Source of the DNA: Pseudogymnoascus verrucosus
Lineage: Eukaryota
DNA: 64,000 nt
Strand: one strand, 5' to 3'
Assembly: GCA_001662655.1 (NCBI GenBank)
Contig: KV460260.1
In this document: one piece after another, positions 35,631-50,319 of the stretch
Layout: every line of letters begins with the position of its first letter
Position numbering within the stretch: position 1 is the first letter of the stretch
Notes under the pieces: generated by a model
The model's database searches: none
What the model saw: the letters and a program-made list of their open reading frames with translations, nothing else
What the model was told of the DNA's origin: nothing
Translations under genes and position numbers: made by a program

Positions 35631-36047
35631 GGCAGAACAAGTGGAAAGATTGTAATGAGAGTCAAGGGGGTTAGGAAAATCACGATTATGAACGGTAGGG
35701 GTATTACGAGAAGACGGCTGTTATGCTACTGGCGCGGGATGATACAATAATGAGGCGCAAAAACGAGTTTCTGGTATGCGGATGGAGGAGGATGGATCAC
35801 ATGTATGACCATGATTGGCAAATAATAGTCGATCAATATACCAATTTGATTTGTATAGTCTGATTCTCAGAGCAGTGGATTGATAGTCGCCAACTAGCCC
35901 CCGTATATGTATAAATTTCCAGCTTTTGGAGATCTTTTGGTATTGAGTAATATCACTTGAGAAGGCAAATTCCAGCCCCAACGCCACCTGGACCCGCATG
36001 CCCTTAATTCCTAACGCCAGCCATTCGTAATATTCACATATCGTCTC

Positions 36048-37089
36048 TCAGACTTCATCCTCGTCGTCGTCCTTCTCCCCCTCCTCTGCTCCGTTCTCCC
36101 CTTCTTCCTCTTCCTCCTCATCCTCTTGCGCTGGCCTCCTGTTTCCTCCACCACTAATTCTCCTACCCCGATTATATGCTTCCGTCGTTGTCACAGCCTT
36201 CTCCCCAACCCACAGCCCCTTCCACGGTGTCTTGCACTTAGGGCACTTCTCCTCCCTCCTCGTTCTCCAAAACGGACCCAAGCAACCCTCATGAAGGCGC
36301 ACAGTACACGATACCTCCGAGCACCTCTGTCCCATCGTCACAATACCCTTGCACGCTTCACAGTTCTTGATATGCTGCCACTCTCCCGCCTCCGCATCAG
36401 GATCATTATAAGTCGCCGCAAGCCAGGACTTGAGCTCCATCAGCGCCCGCGGAGAAAGCGTATACCACCCCTCCTTGCTACGCTCAAACCACCCCTCATC
36501 CACCAAACTCAGCATCAACTTCTCGGCCTGCCCGTGCGTGAGTCCCTTATCCGCACTCTGGCTCTCCTCGCCGGCTCCGGTGCTCTGCCGCATCCTCCTC
36601 TCATCCGCTTTCGCGACTTTCATGGCCTGCATGCTCGTAATCGCCATGACTTCCTGGCGCTCGGTATTGTACGTCTCGAACATGGCGTCTAATACCCGCT
36701 TGATAAATGCGATCTCGTCTGCCGTTCTCACTGTTGCCATTTGCGTCAGGGCGTCGCTGGTGCTGTTCACGAGGGCCCATATGCGCTCCTTCGAGACCTG
36801 GTGTAGTGTGGAGCGAATCTCGTAGTCGAAGGGTGACAAGGCGTCGGAGGCGGCGTGGACGTAAGATTCGAAATCTGCCATGGTGACTTCATCGGGGCGA
36901 ACAGTTTCGCCTGTATTATAGCTGGTTAGAGACTTGGAGGCAAAGCTGGAGAGGAATGGGGGAGGTACCATCTTTCACAGAGAATATGGCGGCGAGGAGG
37001 GGCCGCGCTTCCTTGAACGTCAGGGTGCCTCTTGCCATGAAGGCTTGGAGAAAGGCGCGATTACTGTCATCGTACTGCCCGGCCGACAT
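36048..37089 (-). CDS. NSE1: Smc5/6 complex subunit Nse1 (RING-like); intron 36911-36968
   Basis: NRAFLQAFMARG, WALVNSTSD, LSPRALMEL, CEACK..GQRC...RLHEGC...CPKCKTPW. Confidence 0.93.
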
Positions 37090-37353
37090 GTGTGATATCT
37101 GGGACGTGAAATTACAGCTGAGCCGTAACTTCAACTATGGTAGGCTTGGGACAAAAGGGAAATGTATCCAACAAATGTGGTGTTGACTCTCTCCCCGCCT
37201 TATCAGCCTTATCTGGGGAATACGCGACTTCGCTCAGGTACGCGACCAAAAATATAGAACACCACCACACAGAGAGGTAAACTCTGGTATTTCACGCCTC
37301 AACCGCCTCGTCAACAACTCTCATTAAAATGTAAAAAGAAGCAAAAAGATAAA

Positions 37354-37445
37354 CTCCCTCGGGTGGGGTCGAACCACCAACCTCTCGATTGCAAGTAGAA
37401 TCACTATTTAACAGTCGAACGCGCTAGCCATTGCGCCACGAGGGA
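37354..37445 (-). tRNA. tRNA-Asn(GTT) with a 19-nt intron
   Basis: Acceptor stem TCCCTCG/CGAGGGA, D arm TGGCGCAATGGCTAGCGC, anticodon loop CTGTTA^A, T arm GGTTCGACCC, T-run downstream. Confidence 0.95.
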
Positions 37446-37822
37446 TTGTTAACCACTGAGCTAAAGCTCCTGATTCGATGGGTGCTCAGATGCTATCATT
37501 TGTTTAATACTAACTTGAGGAGCAAAGTCAAGACAAACCCCTCAAGACTACACCTCGAGAAATTCACATGATCAAGTAGGCAACAAATACAAACTCATCC
37601 CTTTAAACTGCGTTACATTATATCCCAAATACGTCCGCGCCTATATGTCGTGTCTCCTGCCAAACTCAACCAAAACGTCGCGGAACACCAAGAAGCTCCC
37701 CATATGATGCTCCCGACCAGCAACTCCAAAATTATGCCCTTAGCCCGTAGTATCAACAAAAGTTTTAATCCCATATATTATTCCCCCATTGAGCGTGAAA
37801 TTTCCAAAACACCTTATGTCAG

Positions 37823-40310
37823 CTATATCTTTGTGTCGGTACTCGTATCCTTGCCACCAGTGGGTGCATCAACAGCATCCTCCTTGCCACCAGCGGTTGC
37901 GTCAACAGCATCCTCCTTGCCACCAGCGGTTGCGTCAACAGCATCCTCCTTGCCACCAGCGGTTGCGTCAACAGCATCCTCCTTGCCACCAGCGGTTGCG
38001 TCAACAGCATCCTCCTTGCCACCAGCAGGTCCGTCGACAGCATCCTGAAAGTCCTCGTTCTGACTTTCGTCCGCATCTTCAGGTAAATCCGAGCTTGGGA
38101 GTAGAACCTCAACGGCAGATTTTGGTGGAGTTGAGTCCTTCGTTTCCGTAGAAGCGGGGACGGTCTCTTCCTTGGGGCTCTCTTTGCTCGTCTGGTTTCC
38201 GGAGGAAAAGTATTGACCGTAGGGGACCTCCGCTTCACTCGACTTCTTCTCTTTAACTCCATTGGCTTCATCCACCGCCTTAACCCCATTTTCAGTTGTC
38301 CCATTTGGTTTTTCAGTCTGGCTCTGGAGCGATGAAGGTCGGCTGCTTGGGCTCCCGTTAAGCTTGGCAATCTCAAACCCGTCAGCCCTTGGGCTCGAGA
38401 GAGGAGAAAACCTGTCCGACCTCGGGCTAGCAAGTGGAGACCCGTTTTCCCAGACGCCATTGACCAAACTCCTGCTACCTCTTGCCGAATTCCTCGGTGG
38501 CAGAGGTGGTGTTGGTCTTGGCGGGATGGTGACGACATTTCCTCGCGCCTTGACAACGTTGATGTGGGTTGGGCGATGTGTTGCTGCCGCCGCCTCGAAA
38601 ACCACGGGTTCGTCGTCATCCAAGCCGTCGTCTGAATAATTGTCGGCATCGCTGTCACCGTGCTTCTCAGAGCCTTCGTGGTTTTGGGGTTCGGTACGCT
38701 TCTCAGACCTTTCTTGATGCTGGGGTTGCACATGCTTCACGGACGCTTCCTGGTGTTTCGGTTCGGCATGCTTCTCAGCCCCTTCATGGTGTTGAGATTC
38801 GGGCGATTCTTGCTCTGTTATGGTCGTGCCACTCCCATTGAACTCAGAAGTATGGTTTGGGCTTTTGAATCCGCTGTATGGTCCGAGATCAATTTGTGTG
38901 TAGTCAACATCCGGTGGTTCTAGGTCAACCTTCTCCACAGGGGTATCAGCCGCTTCGATTGGAGTCTTTGCATGCACGCTAGACGAGTCATCCGCGTCTG
39001 TTTGTGTACCCATTGAAATACTTCGGACAGTTCGTAAGCTAGTTCTTTTCGAGTTGCTCATATAGCTGGCTCGACTGCCTGCCCCGTTTGTGTCCATACT
39101 CAACCGGTTTAGGTGTGGAAATATCGGACTGGTTGGACTCGGCTTGTATTCAAACTGTGAGCTACTCGGCCGGGAGTGGCTTCCTGCCTCTTTGATCTCC
39201 ATCCCGGCCTGCTCTAAAGCAAGAACGCCGAATGGATCGGGGTCATCTGGTTCGGGGATTCCGAAAACGGTTGTTGACTCGACATCGACATCTCCTGGGG
39301 CTGGTTGGCCTTCCAATTCTTCCATTAAATCCTGATCGTAGTCCGATCGGCCCTCAGCCAACTTTAGTGTCTCCAAGAGCATCTTCGTCTCCCTGGGTAC
39401 GAATCTGACCTTTCCAGCCAAGATATTCGCTGCGGATATTCTCTCGCCATAGAACCTCTCATTTTCGTCTGTTCTTTCGATAATTACCGTGCCGTCTAGC
39501 TGGACCCCAGCATAGAATCCTCTCGACTTCAGGTATGTGAATACTGGCCTGTTTATCTGCTTCCATTTCCCATCACTCTCAATCACCCCACCAACCCCAA
39601 CTGGCCCTGCAACGGCACTGATTTCGCCACCAACCGTTGCTCGGATTTTCGTAAACGACTCCAAGGTCTTCCTGCTGTTGATTACCACAACGCAGTCGTA
39701 TATGTCGATTCCCACTAAAAATCCAATACCTGCAGTGTGTAGCATAATCCCGGAAGGAGGTGACCATGACCCGTCTTCCAATCGCGCAACCAAGACCCCA
39801 GATCCGCCCGCACCCGAAATCCAAAGACCTGTGCGCATCGTTGTGAAAATAGCCATCCCAACTGCATTCTTGACCACGTTTGGCGGGATCTTCATAAGTA
39901 CTCGTTGTTTCGCGCTCTGGTTGGGACCGAATTCGCTCGGCGGCAATTTCTCTTCTTTGTAGAATCCATCCTCTGTGACCCAATGTTAGCAAACTATAAG
40001 ACCATAAAACCATTTCGCCCCTCTCCTTGAATGCGCACAACACAGGTACCGGACCATGTCGGGAATTCTGTATTTGTGACCCGAGGTAAGCATGGGACTA
40101 CTTACTGCAGAAACTCCTCAATATCCTCGCAGCCTTGTCACTCTCCTTGTCCAATTCAGTCGGCCAAAACGCCTCGCTGCCGATTTTGTTCGTGAACTTG
40201 TTTACCGGTGCGCCGAGTTTGTCAGCCCAACCCCAGACTTTATCGAAGCCCTGCTTGCCGCCCTTCTTTGTCCTGTCCCAGGACGGCAACATGGAAGTAA
40301 CTCTCTGCAT
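37823..40310 (-). CDS. SYLF (DUF500/Ysc84 actin-binding) domain protein lacking a C-terminal SH3; intron 39973-40105
   Basis: GSEAFWPTELDKESDKAARILRSFC, SGAGGSGVLVAR..WSPPS, YLKSRGFYAGVQLDG..ERTDENERFYG. Confidence 0.9.
37848..38046 (-). repeat. 33-bp coding minisatellite, about 6 copies of DAVDATAGGKE
   Basis: CAACAGCATCCTCCTTGCCACCAGCGGTTGCGT repeated; the central copies are identical. Confidence 0.95.
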
Positions 40311-41252
40311 CGCTGCCAATGGGCGCACCTACGACGTGCCCAGGAATGGCCAGACTCTTCCCTCGAGGGAGTGCGCTGCGGAAAACCTTCGCAAAAGAGG
40401 CTGAGACATCAAATTTTACTCACCCTTCCGATGCGCGCGAGTTGTGCACAGCAGTACGACTGATGATGTAGCATGAGCCGGATTTCAGAAGCTCTGTTGC
40501 GACATCCGGGCCCTCACGCCATCAAATGGTGTTTCTGTGTCTGGTGGTGTTACAGTAGGAGACAATACGACAGGAATGAAATGTGCAACAGTAGAGCGAT
40601 CTCAAAGAGAAGTAGTGGAATCACTGTCGGCAAAAGTTTGCATGGCCGCCACCTGATATTGTTCATGCGAGGCACAGTGGTTACTCGTACAGCTACTGGG
40701 TGCGGCGTCCGTGCCATCCGACACACAGATTGGATTGGGTACAGTCGACGTCATGCCAGCCACCGCGGGGTTACTCGATTACTCTTATCACCATGGGTGC
40801 GTGCGCGTACTCTCATATTATTCATCAGCTCCCGAAATCTCCGTTTAATCTTTGATATCTGTCGAGATATATTCGTACAAATAGTTAACAACGCGGTTGA
40901 GAAATCCGCCGGTTGCAATTGCAACTTAAGGGTCTCTTGAATTTATGTCTTACAATCTTCTTAAACCCCCGGGTGGTTTAAGCCACCTCAATGGTTCCAT
41001 CCAGATGTGCGTCCCGGGCATCCCGGCCCGGCTCTGTTTTCGTCATTTGCATCATGACATATCCAGGCACCTCGGTTTCATGAGGTGAAACATTGTTTCA
41101 ATACTTTTGCTGTGGTTTACTGTAGTAAACAGCGTTGTCGGGCTAATTGAACCTATCGGGAGTGCCATCAATTGTTCCAGGGCAATGATCACAACGATAA
41201 TAATCCCGACTGTCGCCTGGTGCTTTTGCGCCGCATTATTCATTATCCATCA

Positions 41253-43025
41253 TTACTCCTCGTCCTGAACCAATTCCTTGATCTCGCCGTGAGGAATGAT
41301 GTTTTCCCCTAGCTCTCCATTCCCATTCGTGGCCGTAGGGTGAGCCATTGCCGTATTGCGGGCCTGGTTGAGCACCACAAATCCATCCTGCATCCAGAAA
41401 TCAACCTCGTCAATAAGATCATAAACGATATCCTCGGCGATCTGATCATCAAATCTTTCGGAGACGGGCTTCGCTTTTTTGCCCTTGGGTGGTGCTTGCT
41501 GGTCGCTTCCAACCATGTCGACCTCGTCATCATCCACATCGGATCCAGGCGGAGGGAACCAGAAGTCGGGGCCAAGGTTGATTTCAGCAGCGCCCCCACG
41601 GAAAACACTAACTGCCGGATAGTAGCCCAGCATCCCATCATCCAGACCTTCTCGAGCACCCACTTGGGCCTGCGGCAACGACGCTGGGGGTAGAAATGCG
41701 AAGAGATCCTTGAAGGCCTCGCCCATGTAGACTCCGTTTTTATAGACCTTGATGCTGGAGTTTGGCAGGGTGCGCATGGCAGGCACCGGATGCGTTGCGC
41801 TTGGTTTCTGGTTTGAGCCACCGCTGCCAGTTCCTGTCGGAGCAGGATTCATCAAGTCTTCAAGCTCTTTCACTGGGAGGTAGTCGATCTGCTCGAAGTA
41901 GAGGTGGGACTTGAATCGTATGGGAACTCGGTCCCGTATGATATCGGAGACTGTGTGCTCCGGCTCATCGTCTTCCAGATCCACGGCTGGGTTATATCGT
42001 CCTTCAACAACCTTGCTGTGTAGCGATAGCGATGGAAGGTTGATCTCCAGTCCTACCACATCCCCGACCTCTATATTTTCGCCTGGTGGAAAGAATGCGG
42101 TTGGGCGCGACAGGTGGACCTTTTGGCCAGTGACATCCCTAATTCCGTAACTGTAGGCATCGAAACCGCACATAGATTCCAATGTAGCTTCTCTCCTTGC
42201 CCAACCCACTCGTACATGCCCCTCGCTCGTTTCGCCCTGCTTTGGTATACCGCTTGTGATCTTGCATTCCCAGTAGTAGCGTCCTTCTCTTACGCATACA
42301 TTTGCTTTCGCCATGCGGAAGCCTTTGTCAGTCGAAACATGTCGACCTGCCGGGTCCACGAACATATGGCCCGCCTGATCTTCAAAATTAAGACGTGGGG
42401 TGAAGGGCGCAGTTTCGGACTGGCGGTAGAACAGAGACGAGGGGAATTCGGGGTCGGCGATACAATGAGTATAACGATAGTTCTTTTTATTGGAGGCACT
42501 GAGGGAGACAGACACATTAGCAGGTGATCTTCCAAATATCAGGGCGCGAAGGTCTTACTAGTCCGAAGCTTCATGGAATTGTATCGGTGCGCCATCGGGG
42601 CCTTTAATCGTATGACTCGGTGTGAATACTGGCCCTTGTGGAGGTTCAAAATCTGCGAGCCTCGGTGGAGCTAGCTTGTAGCGCAAAGGGGCGAGGACGT
42701 CAGACGTCTTCCTCTGCTTGGCTGGGCCGGCCGGATCTGGGCTGTCTCTTGCTTCTGTGGCAGCAGGTCCTTTTGCTTCGCGCTTTTTGAATGATTCCTT
42801 CTTGGCGCGAGCTGCGCGCTCCTTAGCTGCTGGCGCCTCATCCTTCGGCACCTTGTTGAAGTCTGGGTTTAGTGGTGAAGATACGGATGGCACATGGTCA
42901 TCCTCCAACACGCGCTTTTGAGGTATCGAGGAGGGGTGGGAGATTTCCTCGGAAGCTGGCGTGTCTTGGGGTGCATCTCCCATTGGCGCATCTGTGGATG
43001 AATATGTTGTGTCCATTGTGTCCAT
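41253..43025 (-). CDS. BRE2: COMPASS subunit Bre2/Ash2 (SPRY); intron 42499-42558
   Basis: GFRMAKANVCVREGRYYWE, HVRVGWARREA, GFDAYSYGIRD, YYPAVSVF, ERFDDQIAEDIVYDLIDEVD. Confidence 0.93.
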
Positions 43026-43526
43026 TTTCCAGCTGTATTGGTGTTTCCTAGAGTTTATAGCAGCGTCATCTGTCGTGGAGCTGTGGAATTGTTTGGGCTG
43101 ATCTGCCAGGTACAAAATGTTAAGCTCCATATAACACTGGGAGTATGGGGTTGCGACAAGGGGGTACCTTGCTAGCGCGATCTCTGTGGCGGCTGCCGGG
43201 ATTACTATGACCCGGAGTTGTGCATCATTTCTCACGTCTGTCGACAACCCATAAAACACCATCTAATCAACCAGTAGACTATCTGAGTTAATGGGAGTTG
43301 TATTTGTCTTGGGTACTCTGTGCAAGTTGAGACTATTCTTGTTGTTCCCCTTTTTTGGGGGGCGTTGTGGTGAAGTATATTGGAAATTTTATTATTTTAT
43401 TTCGTTGATAAATATATCAATGGCCGAGAATTACATCTTGGAATATATACGAGCTACAGATAATATATCCATAATATCCATAATATTCTAACTATCTTCG
43501 TAGGCCCCCCCAAGAATATAATCATA

Positions 43527-46500
43527 CTAAGCATCAAATACCTCCATCCCATTGCCATACACCAAGCAATGAATATGGCTGCAATGCCCACCAAAAATGG
43601 CCACTCCAGCAGCATCCGGAACATTGGTTGTAGTCGTCATATCACTGACTCCTGCCTCCTGCCATACCAACTCGCTGAGCTTGAATGCTCCATGTTCTTG
43701 TTCCACTACTGCCTTAAATTCCCAATTCTTCAGCTTTTGGTCTCCACCCACTGTGCAGAAGCGAAAGATTCCTGTTTGAGTTTCGGAATCATGTGAGTGA
43801 GAAACAAAGCCCAGCCCACTGACAGCAGCAGCGTGGGCTGATGGAACTGTTAGCTGCAATGCAAATTCATCGCCATTGAGATACGCCAGCGACACCGCAT
43901 TATCGTCGCCTCCAGTAGCGATGATGAAGCCATCAGGTCCTATTGTGAGAGTATCAAATGACAAAATGGCCGACTGGTGAACCTTAATTCTCTTCGTCAC
44001 GGAAAATTTCGCAACTTCATCTCCATCGTCATCGTTGTCCTCACCATCGTCGCCCAATGACCATAATGCAAGATGACCATCCGTCGAGGCTGTTAGAATG
44101 CTCGATCCGCTTTCAACCGATACCATCAGTTTTATCTGTGTTATACACGAAGAAGTGTATCTTCCCTCTCCGAACTTTTCGAAACCATCGGCTTTTGTAT
44201 ACCAATATCCCCTAATAGTGGAATCGGAGAAAGCTATCACAATCAAGTACATCGACTCGGTCTTTGCAATATTAACCTCGACGGGGTTACTCATAGCGTT
44301 AATATCGAAGCCCATAATCCGCAGGTCTCGATCCTCGCTCAGATCATCTAAGGTAGCTTCACAAACTGCCCCGAGCTCTTCCCCTAGTACGCGCGTAACC
44401 GCCCAGACATTGAACTCTTCACACCCTCCGCCACTGAACAAGTAGTGGGTTTTGTCTGAGGAAGGCGCCCACTGTAGGTGCTGAACTCCAGCACTGTGTT
44501 TTCGCAGGGTAACATGACATTGGAGTCTCTCGCCGAGAGCGTTGTCATGATCGTCATCGTAGTCCCATATTCTTATATTTGTATCCTCTGCTGCCGTAGC
44601 AATAAATTGTTGATCCGGAGATATGGCACAGGTTTTAATCTCTCGTCCATGGCCGCCCGGCTTCAAGACGTTGTGCGACGGATGGTACTGCTCATGTATG
44701 TGTAGTTTTGAGGCTTTGGTATATGCAAAGTAGGTACCGCTGTATTGAGGCAGAAGGGAGTAAACATAGCTTCTATGAGCCCCACCGCAGTCAACCCTGC
44801 ATATTTCTCTTTGCTCCGTTTCATTCCAGACAATAAACGTTTTGCTCCGAAAGCCATGGACAATCAGTGATGTGCCACAGAATGATGCCCCTTCTATCAT
44901 TGGCCCAAATGGAAGCGATGTCTGATGAATAAGTACCAACAGAGTCAAGGCTTCCTCATCATTGAGCGGGTTGACTAATGCAAGAAAAATAGCATAAGTT
45001 CCATCACGGGCTGTAACGATAAAGCGACCCGGCGTTTCGAAGGATTCTGGAACCCTTACAACAGAGGTTATTGCATCATGACACTTGAAACTCTCGTCAA
45101 GAGCAACAATCAGCTCATTTGCTCCGGCGTCCAAATTATAAACCGCGATTTTGCCGTTTCTCGATCCGAGTATGATCAAGTCACAGACCTCGCCTGCACT
45201 TGTCACTACAAAAGCAGGCGGTAAATGGATGGTTTGAACATCCACTTTCTCTAAAGAAGCGGGCCGGAGCGTAATAACACTAGCCTCCGAGCTCCCAAGG
45301 AGGGTTGCTAGGACTAGTAAGTTATCACTACTCGTCCTTGAAATATAAAACAGTCCCGCTACCTTGTGTTTCAAATCCGCTATTTGTTCTACGCCTCGAG
45401 ATGGAGAATGCATATAAACTTTGCCATTCGCACCTGCCAATATGGCAATCCCGTGTTCTGGTATACCAGTAACAACCGAGTAAGATTTAAGGTCTGATTC
45501 AGATCCGACGGGGAGTGACAGTTCAGGCCAAGGGTTGGTGGGAGCGTCTGACTGGACGACAACCCTTCCAGAATTCGTTGTGAAGAGAACTTTATTTGGA
45601 CCGACAAGTGCGTATTTGTTAAAAGAGTCCTTTGGGGCCGCAGGCGGCTTTTTCTTCTTCTTCTTTTTCTTGCTCTTTTCTGCATCTTCTGGACTTCCGT
45701 CTTTGGACTCCGTGATAACTGGAGCTTGTTCCACGACAGGCTCCTCAACTACAGCAGCTGGAGGTAGCGGTTCAACGAGATCATCTAGTGATTTGATCCA
45801 AGATCTCGGGTGCCTATGGCGTTCCGGTAACTCATCCGCGAGTGAACCATGAGCCATTTGTTCGGTTTCTTGGTCTGCCTGCTGCCCGCCAAGAAAAACA
45901 TCGAACACCGAGACAGCTCCATCTGCACCGCCAGTGGCCAATCTGCTTTGTAGCTGCCCTGTAGCAAGCAAAGAAGACGACCATATATGTTTTCCAGTAT
46001 GGTGTGAGAATTCTTGGATATGTGCAAGGGTGGCTTTGGGCTTCAATGTTATCTTTTCAAGCCCAAGAGCATCCTGAGTAGCATTGTCGCTAGACGCCTT
46101 TGACCACCCATCAAGGGCCCACTGTTGCACAGTAGAGTCTTCGCCGAAGGAGAGAACATTGACTGGGGTTGCCTTTTCTGACTCAGGTTCTTTGGGGGTG
46201 ATAAATTTGACTTGCCAAATGCGAGAGGCATGCTCCCCCATTGCAGTAGCTATGCATAGCTTTTCAGAAAGCATACCCTGTGAGTCCGGAACGACTCCGC
46301 CAAAACCAGTATCCTTTAACATGCGTTTTGTTAATGGAGGATCTGTTGGGTTGCTATTTAACGGCGAGAGATCCCATAACCTGATGGTTCGGTCATCGCT
46401 ACAACTAGCCAGTAGTCTGGTAAGTTGTCCGTCTGGCCCTCTTATCTCAGGGGAGATCTGGACCCCGAATATCGATCCTTCGTGGCCGGTGAAAGTGAAA

Positions 46501-47209
46501 AGTATCTCGCTACTTTCTGTGGAGTCCGAAATACTCATCTTCAAGGCAATAATTTCGATTTCTCCAAATACCGTGCCTGCTGCGACCATAATTGAAGACT
46601 CTGAACTCCAGACAATATTGGCAGAGTAGAGAATCGAGCGGGAGGGAGACGAGAGGCGCCGCACAGACAGTTGCTTTGAACCATCGAGTGGTAGAACATG
46701 TAGGGGAACGCTGTGGGCTGTAATAAAAATGCAACCCCCGGAAGCATCAAAGGGAGAAATGGCGCAGGCCAGCAGCCAGTCAGGGGCGACCTTCTCGTTG
46801 GAAACGAGTGAGCTCTTGTCACCTGATATGATGTTTTTCAAGTCAACATCGTCAAGCAAGGTAAATGAACGGCCTCCCCAGATTGCTATCAGGCCATCGC
46901 CAGATCCTTGGTCCCCCTGCGCGGCGATCCCGTGGACAGTTTGGGAGTTGAAGACTCTGCATTGTGCGATGAGCTTTGAGGATTTAACTTCATAAATCTT
47001 GAGAAAGGCACCCTCTCCAACCAAAAGCAACTCATTTTGCCCTATAATCTCAGCTTGGCGGTAATATGCGAGGGCTGTGATGGGCTCCAGCGAATACACA
47101 TGCTGTAGAGATGTTAGCACACGACGTCCTAAATTCCATAGTGGGGCCACTCTTGTGAGCTTTATCCCAGTGTAAGACACCGGGTACTCTCACATACCTG
47201 AATAGCCAT
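43527..47209 (-). CDS. TRM734: WD-repeat protein WDR6/Trm734 (partner of Trm7); 12-nt first exon, intron 47103-47197
   Basis: SILYSA, AAGTVFGEI, GHEGSIFGV, SCSDDRTIRLW, CGGAHRS, GGHGREIK, TGGDDNA. Confidence 0.88.
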
Positions 47210-48608
47210 TTCTCACGAGAAGCAAACAATTTATTCTATTATCATATTGCTATGATAATATCGTATATAGTCGTGACCGCGAACGTGGTACGTGGATACT
47301 CGCTCACCTTTCGATAAACTTTGGGACGAGAAACACCCCACGATCTAATCTAATCTAATCTACAGTGGCTCCAGCAATCCCGTGATCCCACCCGAGAATT
47401 TAGCGATTCTAGTTATGACGTCAGAAGCGGGCGGTTATCAACAACGCTTCTTTTTCATGGGACTTGGCTTTGAGCCCTGTATATTTCCTGGCAGTCTAGT
47501 CCTAATCTACTTTCAAAGGGTCTATGATCTGACCAGGGATGCCGAAAAGATAGCTCTAGGGATAGGCTAGCAGTGGGCAGTCCGCATAGCCAAGTGCTGT
47601 GGTTAGTACCAAAGAAGTGCTACAGTATCATTGAGAAAAGACAAGCAACGGCAGACTGCCGGTTTGGAGATCAATGGACTAGTGTATGGCGGCTTGCAAC
47701 TGCCGACAGCCCTACGGAGCACACTCACTGGGGTTGGGATGTCGGGGGGGGATCAAGCCGGCCTCCTTCGCAAGTGGGAAGGATTAAATCATAGCTGAGG
47801 GCAAAGGCTGGTTTTGACGCAATGGCTCCTGCCGAGTACTTTTGGTCATGTGTTTAATCATCGATCTTACTAGGCCATACTATGCCACCCTCCAGCGATT
47901 AGAGGACCGAGATACTGTTGTCTTGACATAAGTGAGAGACATTGGCACAAGTATGACATCGGGTGCGACACTCTGAGACTATATTCTGTGCTACTGGAGT
48001 AGTGTGCCCACTCAGCCGGCGCTTGATGCCTTGATATATTCAAGCCGGATCGATCTTGACCCGGGAGTATTCACCTCGATCACCTACCTACATTCTGCTG
48101 ATTTTTTGATGCTGTTGATTTTTTTTAATTTTAATTTAACGTATTACTTATTATTTGCACGCCTTTAATTCTTAATTATCAACTATCAATTATCCATCCC
48201 AATTTTTAATAATTCGTCATATGTCTGGTTGCAGTGCCCATAAATCAACAAATAAACCCAAATAAACCGGCTACGTCGAGGCTTGGTTGTCGTGCGTAGC
48301 CCCCCAAAATTATATCCAATCACAACCTTCTATTTACTCAAAAGTGGAACCCTTCAAACCTTAAACACACAACTATGACGCAGTGGTCCCCCCCGTCACC
48401 CTTCTGCCTTCTTCTTGAGGGTTTAACCTGAAAGTCAGCTAATGTCACTCCACCCTTAATCCAATCCTCAGCCCAGACTCTCTTCTCTCCTTCTCTTTCT
48501 TTTTGAGATCTTGCTGCCTGTCTACTATCAATCGAACGACTGATCGATAATCTGTTTATAATAACCACACCCTCACTCACTGTCAACAAAACTTGTCAAT
48601 AAACAACA

Positions 48609-49838
48609 ATGCATCGTACATATTCCCTGCGGCAGTCTCGGGCTCCGACCGCGTCGCAGCTCCAGAACCCACCGCCTCCACCATCGACGACTAAGTCGGG
48701 GCGCATTTTTGGCCGGGGCGGCATTGGCCATGGATTGAGGAAGCATGCGTATGTTTGAACCCGTTGCGCAAACTTGAATGCGTAACTAATTCGTCTTGGC
48801 AGTGCTGGCTTCGGTAGCACCGAGCTGAGCAAGAAGCTCGCCCAGCTGGTGAAGATGGAGAAGAACGTTATGAGGAGCATGGAGCTCGTCGGCAGAGAGC
48901 GCATGGAAGTTGCTGTAAGCTTGCGACATCACATCAACTTGCTGTCGCCTTTACTGACATCACATAGCAACAATTGTCGATCTGGGGTGAGGGATGCGAC
49001 GATGACGTATCCGATGTTACCGATAAGCTTGGTGTTCTGCTCTACGAAATGGGTGAGCTCGAGGACTCCTACGTTGACCAGTACGATCAATACCGTGTCA
49101 CCATCAAGAGCATCCGCAACATTGAGTCGTCGGTGCAGCCCAGCAGAGACCGTAAGTTTTTTCCATTGCTTAATGCGCCTATTTCGGTACTAACTCAATG
49201 AAGGCAAGCAGAAGATCACAGACCAAATCGCGCAACTAAAATACAAGGAGCCTAACTCCCCCCGAATTGTTATCCTCGAACAGGAGCTTGTCCGCGCCGA
49301 GGCTGAGTCGCTCGTCGCCGAGGCCCAGCTCTCGAACATCACCCGTGAGAAGATCAAGGCAGCATTCAACTACCAATTCAATGCTCTCCGCGAGCACAGC
49401 GAGAAGCTCGCTACTATCGCAGGTTACGGAAAGCACCTATTGGAGCTGATTGACGACACCCCAGTCACCCCTGGCGAGACCAGAGCTGCATACGATGGTT
49501 ACGAGGCCAGCAAGGCCATCATCCAAGACTGTGAGGATGCCCTCACCAACTGGGTCGACTCCAAGGCTGCTGTGAACGCAAAGCTATCCACCCGCGCACG
49601 CACCCTCTCCCAGCGCCGCCGAAACAACATCGCCCGCAACGCAGAGGGCCACGACCTTTCTGGTCAAGATAGCGCATACAAGGACCGCGAGTCTGGCCTG
49701 TGGGTCCCAGCTAGCGCGCACCAGGGCGTCGATGATTATGATGACGAGGAGGAGGAGGACAGGCACTCTGTGCAGGAGAGTGAGATTCTCAACGGAGAGA
49801 GCAGGGGTCGTCTGCACGAGACCTCGGTTGAAGTCTAA
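48609..49838 (+). CDS. PIL1: Eisosome BAR protein of the Pil1/Lsp1 family (4 exons)
   Basis: MHRTYSLRQSRAPTASQLQNPPPPPSTTK, DDDVSDVTDKLGVL, LEQELVRAEAESLVAEAQLSNITR, TPVTPGETR. Confidence 0.93.
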
Positions 49839-50319
49839 TGCGCCGGGATTTGAATGGTCTTTCTTTGGTGTTTGACGAGTTGGGAGTTTTGCGGGAAACT
49901 TGATCCCGGAATCTCATTGCTTTTTTTTCTTTTTTTTCTACAACATGTGTTTCGCAATGACCCGATGTTAATAAAATAATATGTTGTTTATACTTTAGTT
50001 TGAATTTCTGAAAATGGTAGCCTTATGATTCATAACTTGTGTTTCTAAATCATAGGCCTGATGCAACCCACCGATCTCCTATAAGCCCAAGCTTGACCCT
50101 GGAGATTCAGTGCCCACTTATATCCGTAGGTTCCCGTTGCCAGGTGTCTATCGTCTGGGCTCTGGTAACGACATCCTGTACAGCGTTAGGGTTATATACC
50201 CTTCGCCTTATGCCCGTTTACTTCCATTCCCAATTCGTCGTAACGAACCGAATACTCCGTGCTATCCATAATCACGTAGTAAGAGTACATGTGAATCCCA
50301 CAATAGCCAGAGCGGGGTG

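Noticed and set aside
40959..41031. Short inverted repeats (TTAAACC/GGTTTAA, CCGGGC/GCCCGG)
   Set aside because: The stems are short enough to arise by chance.
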